Shown here one piece after another: positions 38,740-52,600 of a stretch of DNA of 64,000 bases. Made by a program: the position numbers and the translations under genes. The notes under the pieces are model-generated. The model was not told the origin of the DNA, ran no database searches, and saw only the letters and a program-made list of their open reading frames with translations. Positions within the stretch are counted from its first letter, which is position 1, and the number at the start of each line of letters is the position of its first letter. Origin of the DNA: Octopus vulgaris (lineage: Eukaryota); assembly GCA_951406725.2 (NCBI GenBank), contig OX597815.1:103664001-103728000 (forward strand). Direction: 5' to 3'.

Positions 38740-38880
38740 GCAAAATGCATGCAGATTTACAGTAGTGCAATAGTCGAGCAAATCGACTTCAATAATTAAT
38801 TGTTACTCAATCTTAGGGACACCGGAGGGATGACAAGCAAAATCGAATTGTACGAGGTTTGAACTCAGAATGTAGAGAGC
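38740..38880 (-). mobile_element. Highly diverged SINE remnant
   Basis: gagggatgacaagcaaaatcga..tttgaactcagaatgtag resembles the SINE core. A similar remnant lies at ~1240-1362. Confidence 0.55.
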
Positions 38881-38943
38881 TAGAATAAAATAATGCAAAG
38901 CTGGTAGTATACTAGAATACCGATAGATAGATAGATAGATAGG

Positions 38944-39018
<75 letters not shown>

Positions 39019-40423
39019 ATGATGCGCTTCAACGAGGATTTTAGTTAATACTATGTTGTGTAAGCTGTTGTTTCTTTGCCTGTAAAGCTTACTGTAAAGG
39101 ACTGCTCGAATTTTCGGTTTCAGCAACATGTGTTGTGATAATTCACCTGTTTGGATATAATGAATCGCTTCTTTTCACATGTTTCTTTTTAGTTTTGCTA
39201 ATGATGTCAAAAAAGTATTTAGTTTAATACCTAGTTTGTGCGAAAAGGCCAAGCATGTTTCTAGAAAATGATTAATACATGTGTACCTATTTTAATGTAT
39301 GTAAGTATGAGCCTGTGAGAGAGAGGGAGAGAGAGAGAGACTGTGTATGTGTTTGTGTGATCTTCTAGTTATCGACTGAATGTTCAAAAGCTTTTGCTGA
39401 TAACTTTGCCTGGAAACTCCTGCTCTGGATATTACTATGTAGCAACTAAGTATCATAAACTTGTAATTGTGTAAAATTTAAAGATACTCTCTATGAAGGT
39501 TTGACATCAATTATATTGTCAACTAATACTAGAAAACACGATGTAAGCGACACGGTACTTGACATTTTTCATAGTGTGTTCTTTGTTTTCCATTCTAGAC
39601 AATACTGCCTTGTTATATTTGTATATTACAGTAATTGTTCTCCCATATTCCTTTTGTATATTATATAAGTAGAACAAACGCATCATAGTGTGTTATTGTA
39701 GCCATTAAAATACACAGCAAAACTGATATATTGCCAATCTGTATATCGGTATTAACTCGATAGTTGAATACTTTTGGGAGAGTGAAACATTATAACGCAT
39801 GTAGAACAATAAAATATACATTTCTATCATTTCTGCTGTGATCCAATTCCGACAAGTTAATTTCGTCTTAGTGTACATTCCAGGTCTATGAAATAGACAT
39901 TAACCCTTGCAGGGAGTCGATTTAGCAACAGCCTCTACAAGCTACATCTATACATTCGTGGCCATGTGCCAACTGAAGAAATGTGAACTCGGCATTAAAG
40001 TCAATTGAATGGATAATAAGCTAATTGACTACCATACGAATCAGCATATCAATAACGGAATTTCAAACAGAGATATTAAACTTAGATGTTCGTCTCTAAC
40101 GGGTATCTTGGTTGTAGTATACTGAAAATAATCCAAAGAGGTCTGTGTCTACAAGATTCAATAAACATCTGTTGGCCGTAACTGATAGGATTGAGTGACA
40201 CAGTGTAACAACATGTAATGCAACACTTTCTTATGAATAGATAACTGCGTTCATCATCGTCAAACAATCTTTTCTACATGCGTAACATTCAATCCCCCAT
40301 TAACTCATATCAGCCTCTAACAAATTTCATTGAATAATGCCCTCATTCACTGCCTTTTACTATCAATGTCTCTTTGAAGGTTGCTTGATTCTAATATTAC
40401 TACTGGATCACACATACACACAC

Positions 40424-40477
<54 letters not shown>

Positions 40478-42046
40478 ACATGCAGACACACAGACACATA
40501 TATAAAACATCTGATATCTGATGTAATGGAGGTGACCTACGCGCTCACGTAATCCTAAGTCATGTGGAAGTGCGACTAAACTTTGTTAAATACATGTAAC
40601 TCTTATCAAATATGTTGAGCGCTATTTCCTTTCTTATAATATGTGCGCACGCGCGTGCGGTATTTGTGTGCGTATTTGCGCGAGTGTGTTTGTGTGTGTG
40701 CGTATTTGTGTCTGTAAAGGGTATAGATATGGAGGTGGGTTCGTGTTTTAAATACCTAGATATTTGTATTGCTGGTATTTGCGCTAGAAATAAATTTCCC
40801 CTATATTCAGATTAATAGATAGAAACAATACTAAAATTCTTCATAAACTTGCAGACACACACAGAATACAGGACAATTATAAAGCTCCATTGCTCCAAGT
40901 GATGTCATGTATTCAACTGCAAAACAAAAGGGTAGACAACCGAGTCTTTATAACACCAAAAGTAACTTGCTTAGCTTTCGACATTCAGTTAGTTGTCCAG
41001 AATGAGAGAGCAACAGTGAGGAACAACGGTGGAAGTGTCTCCATGCCAGGCAGACTAAAATTAACATTTGGATATAAAATACAGTCTGAGAATGAATAGT
41101 GATTAATAGAAAAGTAGTATCATTGGGAATGTATTGTTAAAATTCAGGAGTATATTAAGGAATAAGCTCTGTTTGAAATGATTATGTTGATAGAAAATTA
41201 AAGAACAAATATTCATAGATTATTAGTATACAAAAGTGGAAGACTTAGCCATGTGATTCAGAGCAACATTTCCCAAAGACTGAAGTTGCTGATCGACAAA
41301 ATTGCTTGATAATATTACCACGTTGTCTTATATTATAGCATGCAGTTGATCAAACAGGTGTGAGTGAAACATAATACACGCAAACATTGTTGAAAGTCCA
41401 CTGTGTATACATATATGCAATATATATATATATATATATTCATCCTTCCTGTTTTTCACTCCCACCCTTCCCTATTCTTCTCCTCTCCACTTCACTGTTT
41501 CCTCTCTCCTACTCCTCCTCCTCCACATCGACTCTCCCATCACTGACACGTGACCAGAGGGAAGCTATCTTTCCAACTGCTATCTTCACCGCGATAAGAC
41601 TGCTTGTCCTATCTCTCATAATAAGCTCTCTCCTCAAGCGTTCAAAATAATATTTCCATCGTCTCGACTTAACAACCCTTATCGTTTGTTTTTAGCGTGT
41701 TATTCTCTTTGTTCTGTCTTGTACTGTTTTTACTTTTATTGTTTTACTGTCTTGTTTTGTTCTTACAGCCCTGTTCTTGTTACCACTTTTACACCTCTGC
41801 AAAAAATCCCGAATTTTATTTAATTTGCTTTGCGGGAAGGACTGTTTCAAGAAGTCGCGTCACATATTTGTGATATCCTGTACCCATATATGCATGCATA
41901 TATACATATAGATGTAGGTATGTACATATATGTATGTATATATGCAAATATTTATATATTATTCATATTATATATATATATAAATGTGTGTGTGCGTGTA
42001 TGTGTATCTGTATGTATATATGTATGTATGCATATATATATATATA

Positions 42047-42112
<66 letters not shown>

Positions 42113-42305
42113 TGTATATATATATATATATATACACATATGTATATTTACAGGACAGGACTGCTAGGTAGTCTGCCGTATGCTAGAAATAGATCATCAA
42201 CGATCAAACTACAAAGAAAGTTCTCTAGAGGAAAAAATCAGCGAACACCAGAACCAAATTTGGCGGGCAGGACAGATGAAAATTTATATAAAAAAAAACA
42301 GAATT

Positions 42306-42384
42306 AACTGCATACCTCGGTTTCGGCCTTTAACAAAAGAATTACTAACATAATTCAAATGTCCGTGGCTTCATCAGTGCAGTC
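42306..42384 (-). ncRNA. Hammerhead ribozyme motif (type I, long stem II loop)
   Basis: gactgca-CTGATGA-agcc[38 nt]ggcc-GAAA-cc ga gg-TA-tgcagtt. 7-bp stem I, canonical core, GUA triplet. Confidence 0.72.
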
Positions 42385-42715
42385 GTTCAGTGTAAATGTA
42401 TTCTAAAAAAACTAACCCCAGCTTTCTGTGCCAAAACAGACACGTGTTTAGTTTTAACGATTACATTAGGGATAAAATTTCAAATGTCTTAGTTCCGGCG
42501 CGCTAAAAAATTCCTGAAGCGAAGAACTGCAGTAAATAATTCACTGCGGTTAGTGCTTGCTACTAGAGAACGTATTTATTTCAATATTTATATAATGAGG
42601 AAGATAAATTAATATTAATTTTAATATCAATTTAAAATTTTATGCTAGACTACTGGTTTTAACTTGATATTAAAATTAATATTAATTTATCTCCCTTATT
42701 ATTTATATATATACA

Positions 42716-44200
42716 CTAGACTAGACTAGCGAAGACCCGTTGGGTCACCAATAGTTCAAGATACCCGAAAAACCCTCTTATCTCGAGAATCCGTGGTCCG
42801 ATTTACGCGAAACTTCTGTTATTCCATGTGTATTCACATTTCCACGTTACCTTAATTTCAAAGTATTTTCCCCATTATACGCCGGTTTTTTCATTTATTA
42901 AGGTACCCGAAAAAACTGCGTATCTCAGTAACCTGCGGTCCGATTTACACAAAAGTTGTTTTATTTGTATTCACATGACCATCCGATTCCTGACGACTCC
43001 TGTTTTTGCCTCTTTCCCCTCATTTTTGCCAGACGCCCGTCCTTCCGAGTGTCCGATTCCTGATCTCTCCTGCTTCTGTATCTTTCCCTCTGTTCCACCA
43101 GACGCTCAGCCCTTGCTTTATCAGTCTCATCGATCCTTCCTCTCGCATGCATATCCCGATCTTGGGTAAAAATTTCGTAAAGGACCCGTTCGTATTTCGG
43201 TGTGAAATAAATTTTTCCACATGTGCTTTTCGAGTGCATTGAACGTATCTCACCTTCAAACCCACCGCAAGCCACTTTCTTCCGGAAAAGAAATGGAGGA
43301 AGTGTTGTGGGGAACTCGGAGATTCCAGGGAATTTCTGAGTTTCCCACCAACGGTGTTTTATTTTATTTTCCAGGTTGTTTCGCATCCTTTGAACGAATA
43401 TAACATCGAAATCACGCGTAAATGTTTCCTTTCCCCAGAAAGGAAATATTTGGTTGTTATTTCTTGCCCTGCTACTACGTAATAGCTATTTCGGGTCCCT
43501 TATCGCAAATAGCTGTTACGTGGTAGCAGAACGTGCTAGAAATAACAGCTAAATCTTTTGAGGTGAGATATGTTGAACGCACTCGAAAAAATCTTATGGA
43601 AAAATATTATTTCAAACTGAGATTACGACCGGGTCTTTTATTAAATATTTACGATATTTTTAAGGTGATTTTCACTTTAAGATATTTTTTAGACGTGCCA
43701 AAAATTTTTGTAAAGGTATTCTCTTGAAATTAATTTTTAAAAACATCAAAATATTGTCTGCTGAAAGAAAGCTAAAATAGAAATACTTATTGTACAAACA
43801 ACTTATATTTTTTAAATCATATTCACTTAAAATATTTCTGAATGACTAAAATGTAGTGTTTAACAAAAGCGAAAATAGAAACATTTACTGTGAAAAACAA
43901 CTCGTATTTTTTCTTTGGCAAGTTAGTCACTAATATGTTTAATCGAAAGGTTAGAGTTTCTTCACTTACATGGATTAGTTATTTTTCTGAGTACTTTCAC
44001 ATTTTGTGTATTTATACCTCACCAAAACCCCTAATGTCTCAAGAACTAATTGTCCGTTTTACGCGAAACTTGTGTTATTCCGTTTGTATTCACATTTCAG
44101 GAGATACTTAATTCATATTATTTTCCCATAATGCGCCAGTTTGGCTGTGTAACATTCCAAGCAAGCAAGCCGAAGTTCATTTTTAATGTAATGTATATAT
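42716..44200 (-). mobile_element. Probable non-autonomous Helitron with internal direct and inverted repeats
   Basis: Minus-strand 3' end: hairpin gaccc-aac-gggtc followed by (CTAGT)x3. A ~75-bp module repeats at ~42765, ~42906 and ~44020. Inverted pair at ~43200-43260 and ~43556-43617. The 5' end is poorly defined. Confidence 0.55.
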
Positions 44201-44442
44201 ATACGTAGCAATCAGTGTATCATAATTAATGCAAAAACATCGAGAAATGCAAATTAACTGCAGTATTCGTCCTGGGGTGATATTTAATACGGATGCACTA
44301 TGTATAAAGGCAGAAACGCGTATCATTAGCCGAAGAAAATCATCTAGAAGTGGCGGTAAGATGCACATTTCTGTCTCGTTAGCATGAGTTAATATCACGT
44401 CCACGCGGCCAGCTGCATGATGTGACAAAATAGATATGTAGC

Positions 44443-44443
44443 T

Positions 44444-44478
<35 letters not shown>

Positions 44479-44494
44479 AAGACAGACAGACAGT

Positions 44495-44573
<79 letters not shown>

Positions 44574-44598
44574 GTAGGTAGGTAGGTAGGTAAGTAAG

Positions 44599-44696
<98 letters not shown>
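44443..44696. repeat. (GACA)n-(GATA)n-(GGTA)n compound microsatellite
   Basis: Directly visible. Confidence 0.97.
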
Positions 44697-44697
<1 letters not shown>

Positions 44698-45681
44698 GAG
44701 CAGTAACTGAAAATCACAATACAGGAACAGTAACTGAAAATCACTGGTCTGGAGAAAAGCTACCCGGATGAACAAAAGTTTGTTATATGCATATGTAATG
44801 CTGGTTCTGTTGCATATGATATTTTTTTTAAAATTTAGCCCGATTGCTAATTGCAACCATAGTGAGTTTTCAATCAACGTTTTCTCCTATATCATTGGTG
44901 ACTGACTTGGTCTTAGATGGTATTAAGTAGATGCTAGTGACAAAGCCGAATGTGGCAGAAATGTATATGTAGCATTCTCAGCACCGCTTTGTTTTTCTTT
45001 CTGTTGTTCTTTTTCTGACTGCCAATTACATATAGAAGTCCAATTTAACTGCTATTGGTTATTAGTGATTCGAACTTTATATAAGGTCGATTCGCCAACA
45101 ATCAACGATGGACTATGTCCAGCATTTGTCGTAGAATCTAATTTTATACATAACCTGTCTGTATGAACCGAGTGTAATTGACTGACAAGCAAACTCATCT
45201 ATTTCGTTTCTAAGTGTTCACTGAATGAAAGCATATATTTTCGCCCTAAAAGAGTAAGAAAAACATATGTAATTTGCAGAAGACCAAATAAGTAAAACTG
45301 ACTACGCAGTATATTGAGGGTAGTTTATTTTATCAAATTCCTAATAAGAAAAAAATGTAAAACCGATTCCAAAATCATATTGTTGCTAGCTCAAACAATT
45401 CGATCAATGCACCTAATACGCACAGGATAAATATAACGTGGAACTTTGACACCTAGTCACGAATTAAATTGAACAAGCATTTGCTTCATATATACTTCAA
45501 AGAGGATTAGTAAAATTGACCATACCAGTATTAGAACACAACCCCTAAGCAGCTGCAACTAAATACCACAAGGTATATTTTGAAACGCCGTTTTAAGTCT
45601 GTTCATTGACCGTATTCCGCATAGAAAAATGTTTGTGTCAATGAACACAAGAATTTGAAAACAAGGCTCTCTCTCTTTCTT

Positions 45682-45718
<37 letters not shown>

Positions 45719-45756
45719 GTATGTATATATATATATACATATATACATATATATAC

Positions 45757-45820
<64 letters not shown>

Positions 45821-45907
45821 CGTATGCGTGTATCACATACAGGGATATTTATACATATATATGTATATATATATACATACATAGAAATATATGTATATAT
45901 ATATACA

Positions 45908-45949
<42 letters not shown>

Positions 45950-46919
45950 TATGCATATATATACATATGTACACAGAACCATATAAGTGTGTATGTGAAT
46001 GAAAGTGGTAGGGTGCGTATATCTGTTTATGTGTGTGTGTGTGTGCGCGCGCGCGCGTGGGTGTGTGTGCGTGCGCGCGCGCGCGCGTGTGTGTGTGTGA
46101 GTGCGTGTGTGAAACATGTAGTATGCATAAAGGTGAATATATTTCTATATAATTGGTCGTGCTGCCGAGACCTTCCATTTATATTTGCCCATGTTGCTAG
46201 CTCCAGCTAAGAAATCTTTATCATCAGTAGTGATATTATAGAAATACACTCTAGGCGTATCGGTTCAGTGTTTGTTACTAATCGTATAAGACTGTGCAGA
46301 GCTTAATCCATTAAACGTTCTCTAACATCTTTAATGTATTGCAAACCAATTTTACGTTTTGTAGTAAATCACATACATCCGCGTGGCATTAAGTATTATG
46401 AGTCTAATGTTCTGTAAGTAATGCAAACGGACCTAAGCGGCCAAGCATAGGAATCATATCACATGAAGATTTTCACTATATTGATTCTCAAGCGTTCAAA
46501 ACTTTCCAAACTGAAATTTTCTTAAGAAAAGAAATAAATTATAACAAATTAAGGGTTTTAACTTCCTGAAATCCTCTTGTTTTCTTTATTCAATTGATCT
46601 CTGTGCAATTATCATTGAGGCATTTATCTATATACCATTGATTCTTTTCTTAGCCAATAGTCTCAGTCGACATTAGAATAACCTGGAATATAAGTTACTG
46701 GAATTGCTTTAAACTCTGAAAACATTTGGACGCGTTGTATATACTTAGTATCAATTTATTATTACCTCTGCACACACTTGTGAAATAGATGAAACGACTG
46801 ATAGTTTTAGCAAAGAATTTCTAATATTTCCAGTAACATCGACTACTAATCTCTGGATATTACCAATTTCAGATCAGGTTAACTGCAAAATTTTTTCTTT
46901 GTCTTCTAAAGATATATAA

Positions 46920-46965
<46 letters not shown>

Positions 46966-46969
<4 letters not shown>

Positions 46970-47187
46970 TTTCAATACAACCCTCTGGTTTCTATCTTTA
47001 AAACAAACTGATTTAAATTATTCGTTATAGCTCAACGTCCTTGTTACTTAGCCCCGTAATATTGGTATATATATATGTATATATATACCAATATTACGGG
47101 GCTAAGTAACAAGGACGTTGAGCTATAACGAATAATTTAAATCAGTTTGTTTTAAAGATAGAAATCAGAGGGTTGTATTGAAAGTAT
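46966..47187. repeat. Near-perfect long palindrome (100-bp arms) centred on (TA)n
   Basis: 46966-47065 is the reverse complement of 47088-47187 with one mismatch seen. The centre is tatatatatatgtatatatata. Confidence 0.97.
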
Positions 47188-47547
47188 GTTTTAATTTTAA
47201 GAATATTTCGCGGAATAAATATATTAAATTGATGATAAAGCTAACTGAAAAGTATGTTGCGCGACGTTATTAGTGTTTAAACATGATAGCTTTCATACAT
47301 GAGATGGAAAAAAGAAAAATACACTGGAATAATTGAGCTGTTCACAGTGATAGCTTTGCGAAGCTGAGGGCATCGAAACTAGGACGTATTTATATAAGAA
47401 TTACCTAATATAGTCTTTAAAGTATACAGGTGATTTTTCAAAGAATTTTTTTTTTATGTTATTACATCTGTTATGAGGATGTTACTAAATTTTACTAGTG
47501 CGTGAGCTCTTTCGTTTAACCTTTTCAAATACACGTGCTCTTAAAAA

Positions 47548-47592
<45 letters not shown>

Positions 47593-47903
47593 CATACATA
47601 AATATATATCCCCCCTCAGGTTCTTCATTTTCTCTTACCTCTATACCATTTCATTTGCTCTCTGTTTTCATTTCAGCAGATATGTAAAATGTCTTACTGC
47701 CTGTCTTCAAGCATTCAATCTCTGCATACATAATGCAACCAGCCGCAGTTCAGCAGCTAAATTGCACTTTGAGCTGTCGCTGCCGACGATGCAAATAATC
47801 ACGACAGGGAATCGTACATAAGGAACAAATGACATAAACTGTTTATCACAACTTGTGTGTGTATAAATTTGTGTATGTATACTTATATTTTTGTATAAAT
47901 ATA

Positions 47904-47987
<84 letters not shown>

Positions 47988-47993
47988 CGTGTA

Positions 47994-48036
<43 letters not shown>

Positions 48037-48306
48037 ATTCGGTTATCCCATAAATAATGTGGATTTTTCAATTGCATAAATTAAAAGTTGGAGGAGGAGG
48101 GATAAACTGCATGCAATACCTCGCTATAAAAGCAAGTTGTTACTTATTCTTAGTGCAAGTTTTGAAGAGTGCTGTTCGATTTTACTAGTTATTTTTTCAA
48201 AGCTATAATGGAAGTGACAAAGGAACATATTCGGCATATTTTACCTTATGAATTCAATAAAGGCAACAACGCAACGGAAAGTGCCAGGAATATTAATGCA
48301 GTATAT

Positions 48307-48915
48307 AAGGCGGCGAGCTTGGCCGAAACGGTAGTGCGCCGCGCAAAATGCTTAGAGGTATTTCGTCTGCCGCTACGTTCTGAGTTCAAATACCGCCGAG
48401 GTCAACTTTACCTTTCATCCTTTCGGGGTCGATTAAATAAGTACCAGTTACGCACTGGGGTCGATATAATCGACTTAATCCGTTTCCGTTTATCTGTCCT
48501 TGTTTGTCCTCTCTGTGTTTAGCCCCTTGTGCGTATTAAAGAAATAGGTATTTCGTCTGCCGTTACGTTCTCAGTTCAAAAGATTTTGCCTTTCATCCTT
48601 TCGGGGTCAATAAATTCAGTATCAATTACGCACTGGGGTCGATGTAATCGACCTAATCCCTTTGTCTGTCCTTGTTTGTCCCCTTTATGTTAAGCCCCTT
48701 GTGGGCAATAAAGAAATAAGAAATGTTAGCCGGCCGGTAGAAATGCTCAGCGGTGTTTTGTCTGTCTTTACGTTCTGAGTTCAAATTCCGCCGAGGTCGA
48801 CTTTGCCTTTCATCCTTTCGGGATCGATAAATTAAGTACCATTTGCGTACTGGTGTTGATCTTATCGACCGGCCCCCTCCCCCTAAATTTCAGGCCTTGT
48901 GCCTAGGGTAGAAAA
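48307..48915 (+). mobile_element. Trimeric tRNA-derived SINE (tail B, tail B, tail A)
   Basis: Three core copies with junctions at ~48546 and ~48718. A single TSD pair gaatattaatgca(g/t)tatat at 48288-48306 and 48916-48934 interrupts the mariner ORF. Confidence 0.93.
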
Positions 48916-49230
48916 GAATATTAATGCATTATATGAGAATCGGACAATAACCGTAAGCCAGTATCAACGGGGATTCCAGAACCGGAAACTACAACCCAGA
49001 AGACGAGCCTCGTTCTGGAAGATCTGTAGAGCTCGACAAAGACGTCCTGTAAACCCTGCTTGAACAAAATCACATCGGAACTGTTGAACTAGCAGAGGAG
49101 CTTAGATTTGGTCATTCAACCAGTCGTTCGAGTCAGTGCTAGAAAAAAATGAACCATCTTTGGTTTCAACATGAAAGGTGTTCTTCCATCTGGATAACTC
49201 TCGCCCACGCACTGTGAGGAAGACATTCGT

Positions 49231-49332
49231 AGACACGTACAGTGAGGAGACACGTACAGTGAAGATACGTACAGTGAAGACACGTACAGTGAAGACACGT
49301 ATAGTGAAGACACGTACAGTGAAGACACGTAT
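49231..49332. repeat. 15-bp minisatellite (agacacgtacagtga) x ~6.7
   Basis: Directly visible head-to-tail units inside the mariner transposase remnant. Confidence 0.95.
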
Positions 49333-49585
49333 GGGTAAGGATGCCCCACTACCCATATTCGCCGTACATTGCCCCATCTGATTATCATTTATTCCGCAGT
49401 CTTCAAGAGTACTGGAGGAGTATTTTTCGCCACGGACAAGTTAATTTTGGAAGAGGTGCCTTGCAAGTCTACCAGATACATGGAAGAGCATTGTAGAAAA
49501 TGAAGGAGAGTATATTTTAGAGTAAAAATGAACTGTTTATCTTAATTTTTTGAAAAACAAAGTATGTTATTTATGGGATGACCCC

Positions 49586-49618
<33 letters not shown>

Positions 49619-52600
49619 ACATGACGGCAGCTGAATGGCTGAAACGAATAAATAAAAGAATATATATATTTATATCCATAAATACACACACATATACACA
49701 CACACATACATACATACATACATACATACATACATACATACATACATACATACATACATACATACATACACACATAAAGTTGCAGATAGGTAACTGCATA
49801 GAATGCTATTTTCAAACGATTTCCCGTAATGCACGAATGGTATAATAATGATAAAATTTCTGCATAGTCGTTTCTCCATATTCTTTTATTAATTTGGTTT
49901 AGAGGAATGGACTGTGTCTACTGACTTCGAAGATCAATGATATCAACATGTAATGTTTTCAGTTGGTAACTGAAGGGAACTGTAGTCCAGGAGAGAAATC
50001 TAGTAAGATGTCCTGAAAAACAACATTCATGATTATAGTAATTATTGTTGAATTTAATTCGAGTAAACAGCGAACAGCATTGCTGGCTAGGAAAAAAGAG
50101 AAGAGTGAGCTGGGAGTATTTGACAAGAGAAACAGGCAATCACTTGCTAATCAGCACAGAAACATTTCCTTCTATTTGTAGTTTTCATCTTTTTAATTAT
50201 TGAAAATCGAAACTAACGTTAGGAAAGTGTTAACACCACATAGCAATCTCTCAAAGATACGATTAAACATAGAATACTCTATGTACATACTATGTACTAT
50301 GTTGTTTCATCTATTCGTATCACTGTCAAAATAACTTCTCCAAAGTGTAACTTCTATTTAGGACTTCTTCCATGAAATCAAAACCTAGATAAGAAAAACT
50401 ACGTAAATATTACATAGTTGAACAATTCCCCTACCGTTCACTGGGAAATGTAATATACTCTTGATATAACCCAGTGAAAATGTATTGACTCTAGAACATA
50501 TAGCTGTAGGATTTCTAGACAAAATGTAGATTCAATGCTAATTTTTCATTGCTGTCTTAAAGAATGTTTCTAATTTTGCTTTTACATTTCCAAACATTTA
50601 ACACTTTGACGACGAAGAATTTCAGCAAACATGTTGTTAGTAATCGATGCAAATATTTATGATATTAATTTTATATTTTGTATCATCATGGAGAATTTTG
50701 TGAATATACAGTGACCAATTGCTTTACCGCAAGGAATTGTTGATATATTACTTCTGTTCTTCAAGAGCCTCTTTCTGTAATACTGAAGGATGTTTTCAAA
50801 ACCAGTACCTAAATTCTGGAAGTCGAATGAGGGTATTGTTTTAGGTCAAGTTCAGCCATCACTGAAAGTAAACTAAGATCAAATATGTTCTATGTGAGGG
50901 CCATTCTTGCAGCCTGTATATTCTTTATTTAAGATAGCGAATTCTGATTTGAGTGGAATTTAGCAGATAGTTGAAGTAGGTTAAAAAAACGCATATGCAC
51001 TGGAAATCAAGGGGCGAATCATCTAAAGATTTTTGGTGATACCTTCCTAAGAAACTATTTATAGGTACTTATCCTGTTTTAATCAAAACAAAAGTAAAGT
51101 CTATGTTATATGTTTGTGCACAATGTTCAGAACTAAATAATATTTATGGATTTTGGTAATCTTAAAAATTTTCCATTTTCAGAAATTCTTTACTGCAACT
51201 TTAAAATACTACGTTTTATATTAAGAAAAGGCTTATATTTTACAAAATTTATTGATAATGTATGCTATTGTGTAATGTGCAAAACCATTTCGATAATAGG
51301 TTTAAATTTCTCTGTAATTCTTGATGTCAGAAAAATATGTAAAGCTAACAAGTAAACAACAAAAGGATTTAGCTGTTCATGATCATTCCGAATAACAGTC
51401 ATTAGATGGTATTAATAGTAACCAACAGCTAGCAAAAGTTAGAAAAAATGAAAATCTATGAGTGACCATAAAATAGGCATTAACATCTGCAATGGTTATC
51501 AACAAAAGCCAACAGCAACTAACCACCCCTGTGAGAATTTGTAACTCAAAAAAGATCAACTTGCATTAGCAATCACTAAAACTAAACAAATAAAAGTTTA
51601 AAATATCAAGAGCAGGTAAAAAAAGAACAAGAATTAAGGCAACCAAAATAATTAAAACCAACCAATAAAGCGATCGTAAATTTCTACCATCATTCAAACT
51701 AAAACAAAACAATAAAACTCTGAAACGCAAACCAGTAAGAGAAGCTCTAGCAGTTATTTAGCTCACAAGAAAATATAGCAAATTTACTCAAAGCACATCT
51801 ACGTAATAAAAGAAATCATGCAGTAAACCCAAAATAAATAAATAAGGGGATGAACAAGTTGAAACGATTTTCGTTATGGTTCTGCTCAATCAGAACCAGC
51901 TTGGAGTTAAACAACAGCTAGTAGAGCAGTAACAATCTTCAACAAGCCAAACTAAACATCTAAAAACTCGAAATGCATTCACATACACTCTTTCAAAATG
52001 CATCAGCAACAGGATGCTGACAACCAAAATGTACAGCAACCAACTTCCTTTACTTACCACTGTCACTTTACCACAACTAACCATTTATAAACACTATATA
52101 CGTCAGAACAATCATGCAACAATTCCAAGCAGAAATTTCACTGGCATCTAGAAACGAACAATAGCAAATGCAAGTAAAATAAACTGATTTTATTGATTAA
52201 TTAGCCGGCTTTTGTGCGCGAGGAAATTTTAATAAATAAAGTTGATTGGCATTGTAACGATGTTTTACGAGTTCATTCTACTCCCTCCCAAGTATCACGC
52301 ATATCATCACACTCTTCTAATGCAGTTTGTCAGAAAGCAAACACGGCTGAGACAAGATGACACTTTAAAGAGATTACTTCAGAATTAAGAGCGCGACCCG
52401 ATGCCATTTTCTAGAGCCATTTCTACTACTCGTATCCACAAACATCCATATAGTGCTATAGAACACACACACACATATACATGCACACACACACTCAAAC
52501 GCCATATAACTTTTGCGGTTTACTTCATTGACTTTACGCATGCTCAACGCATGATCCTTTGATTGAAAGTCCATCTATTAAACATTTGCTGGTCATGTTC

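Larger units (their letters stand above)
48038..49586 (+). mobile_element. Mariner DNA transposon, internally deleted, with nested SINE trimer and minisatellite
   Basis: TIRs: left ttcggttatcccataaataa, right (reverse complement) tggggtcatcccataaataa, with TA flanks. MEVTKEHIRHILPYEFNKGNNATESARNINAVY from 48208, EDEPRSGR, HLDNSRP, PYSPYIAPSDYHLFRSLQ. Confidence 0.92.

Noticed and set aside
46030-46110. (TG)n(CG)n alternating tract with Z-DNA potential
   Set aside because: A common by-product of microsatellite mutation here, with no evidence of function.
49231-49332. CRISPR-like array
   Set aside because: Head-to-tail 15-mers without spacers in eukaryotic DNA, and no cas genes.
51360-52170. 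A/C-skewed stretch resembling a decayed LINE ORF
   Set aside because: Compositional impression only; no motif could be recovered.
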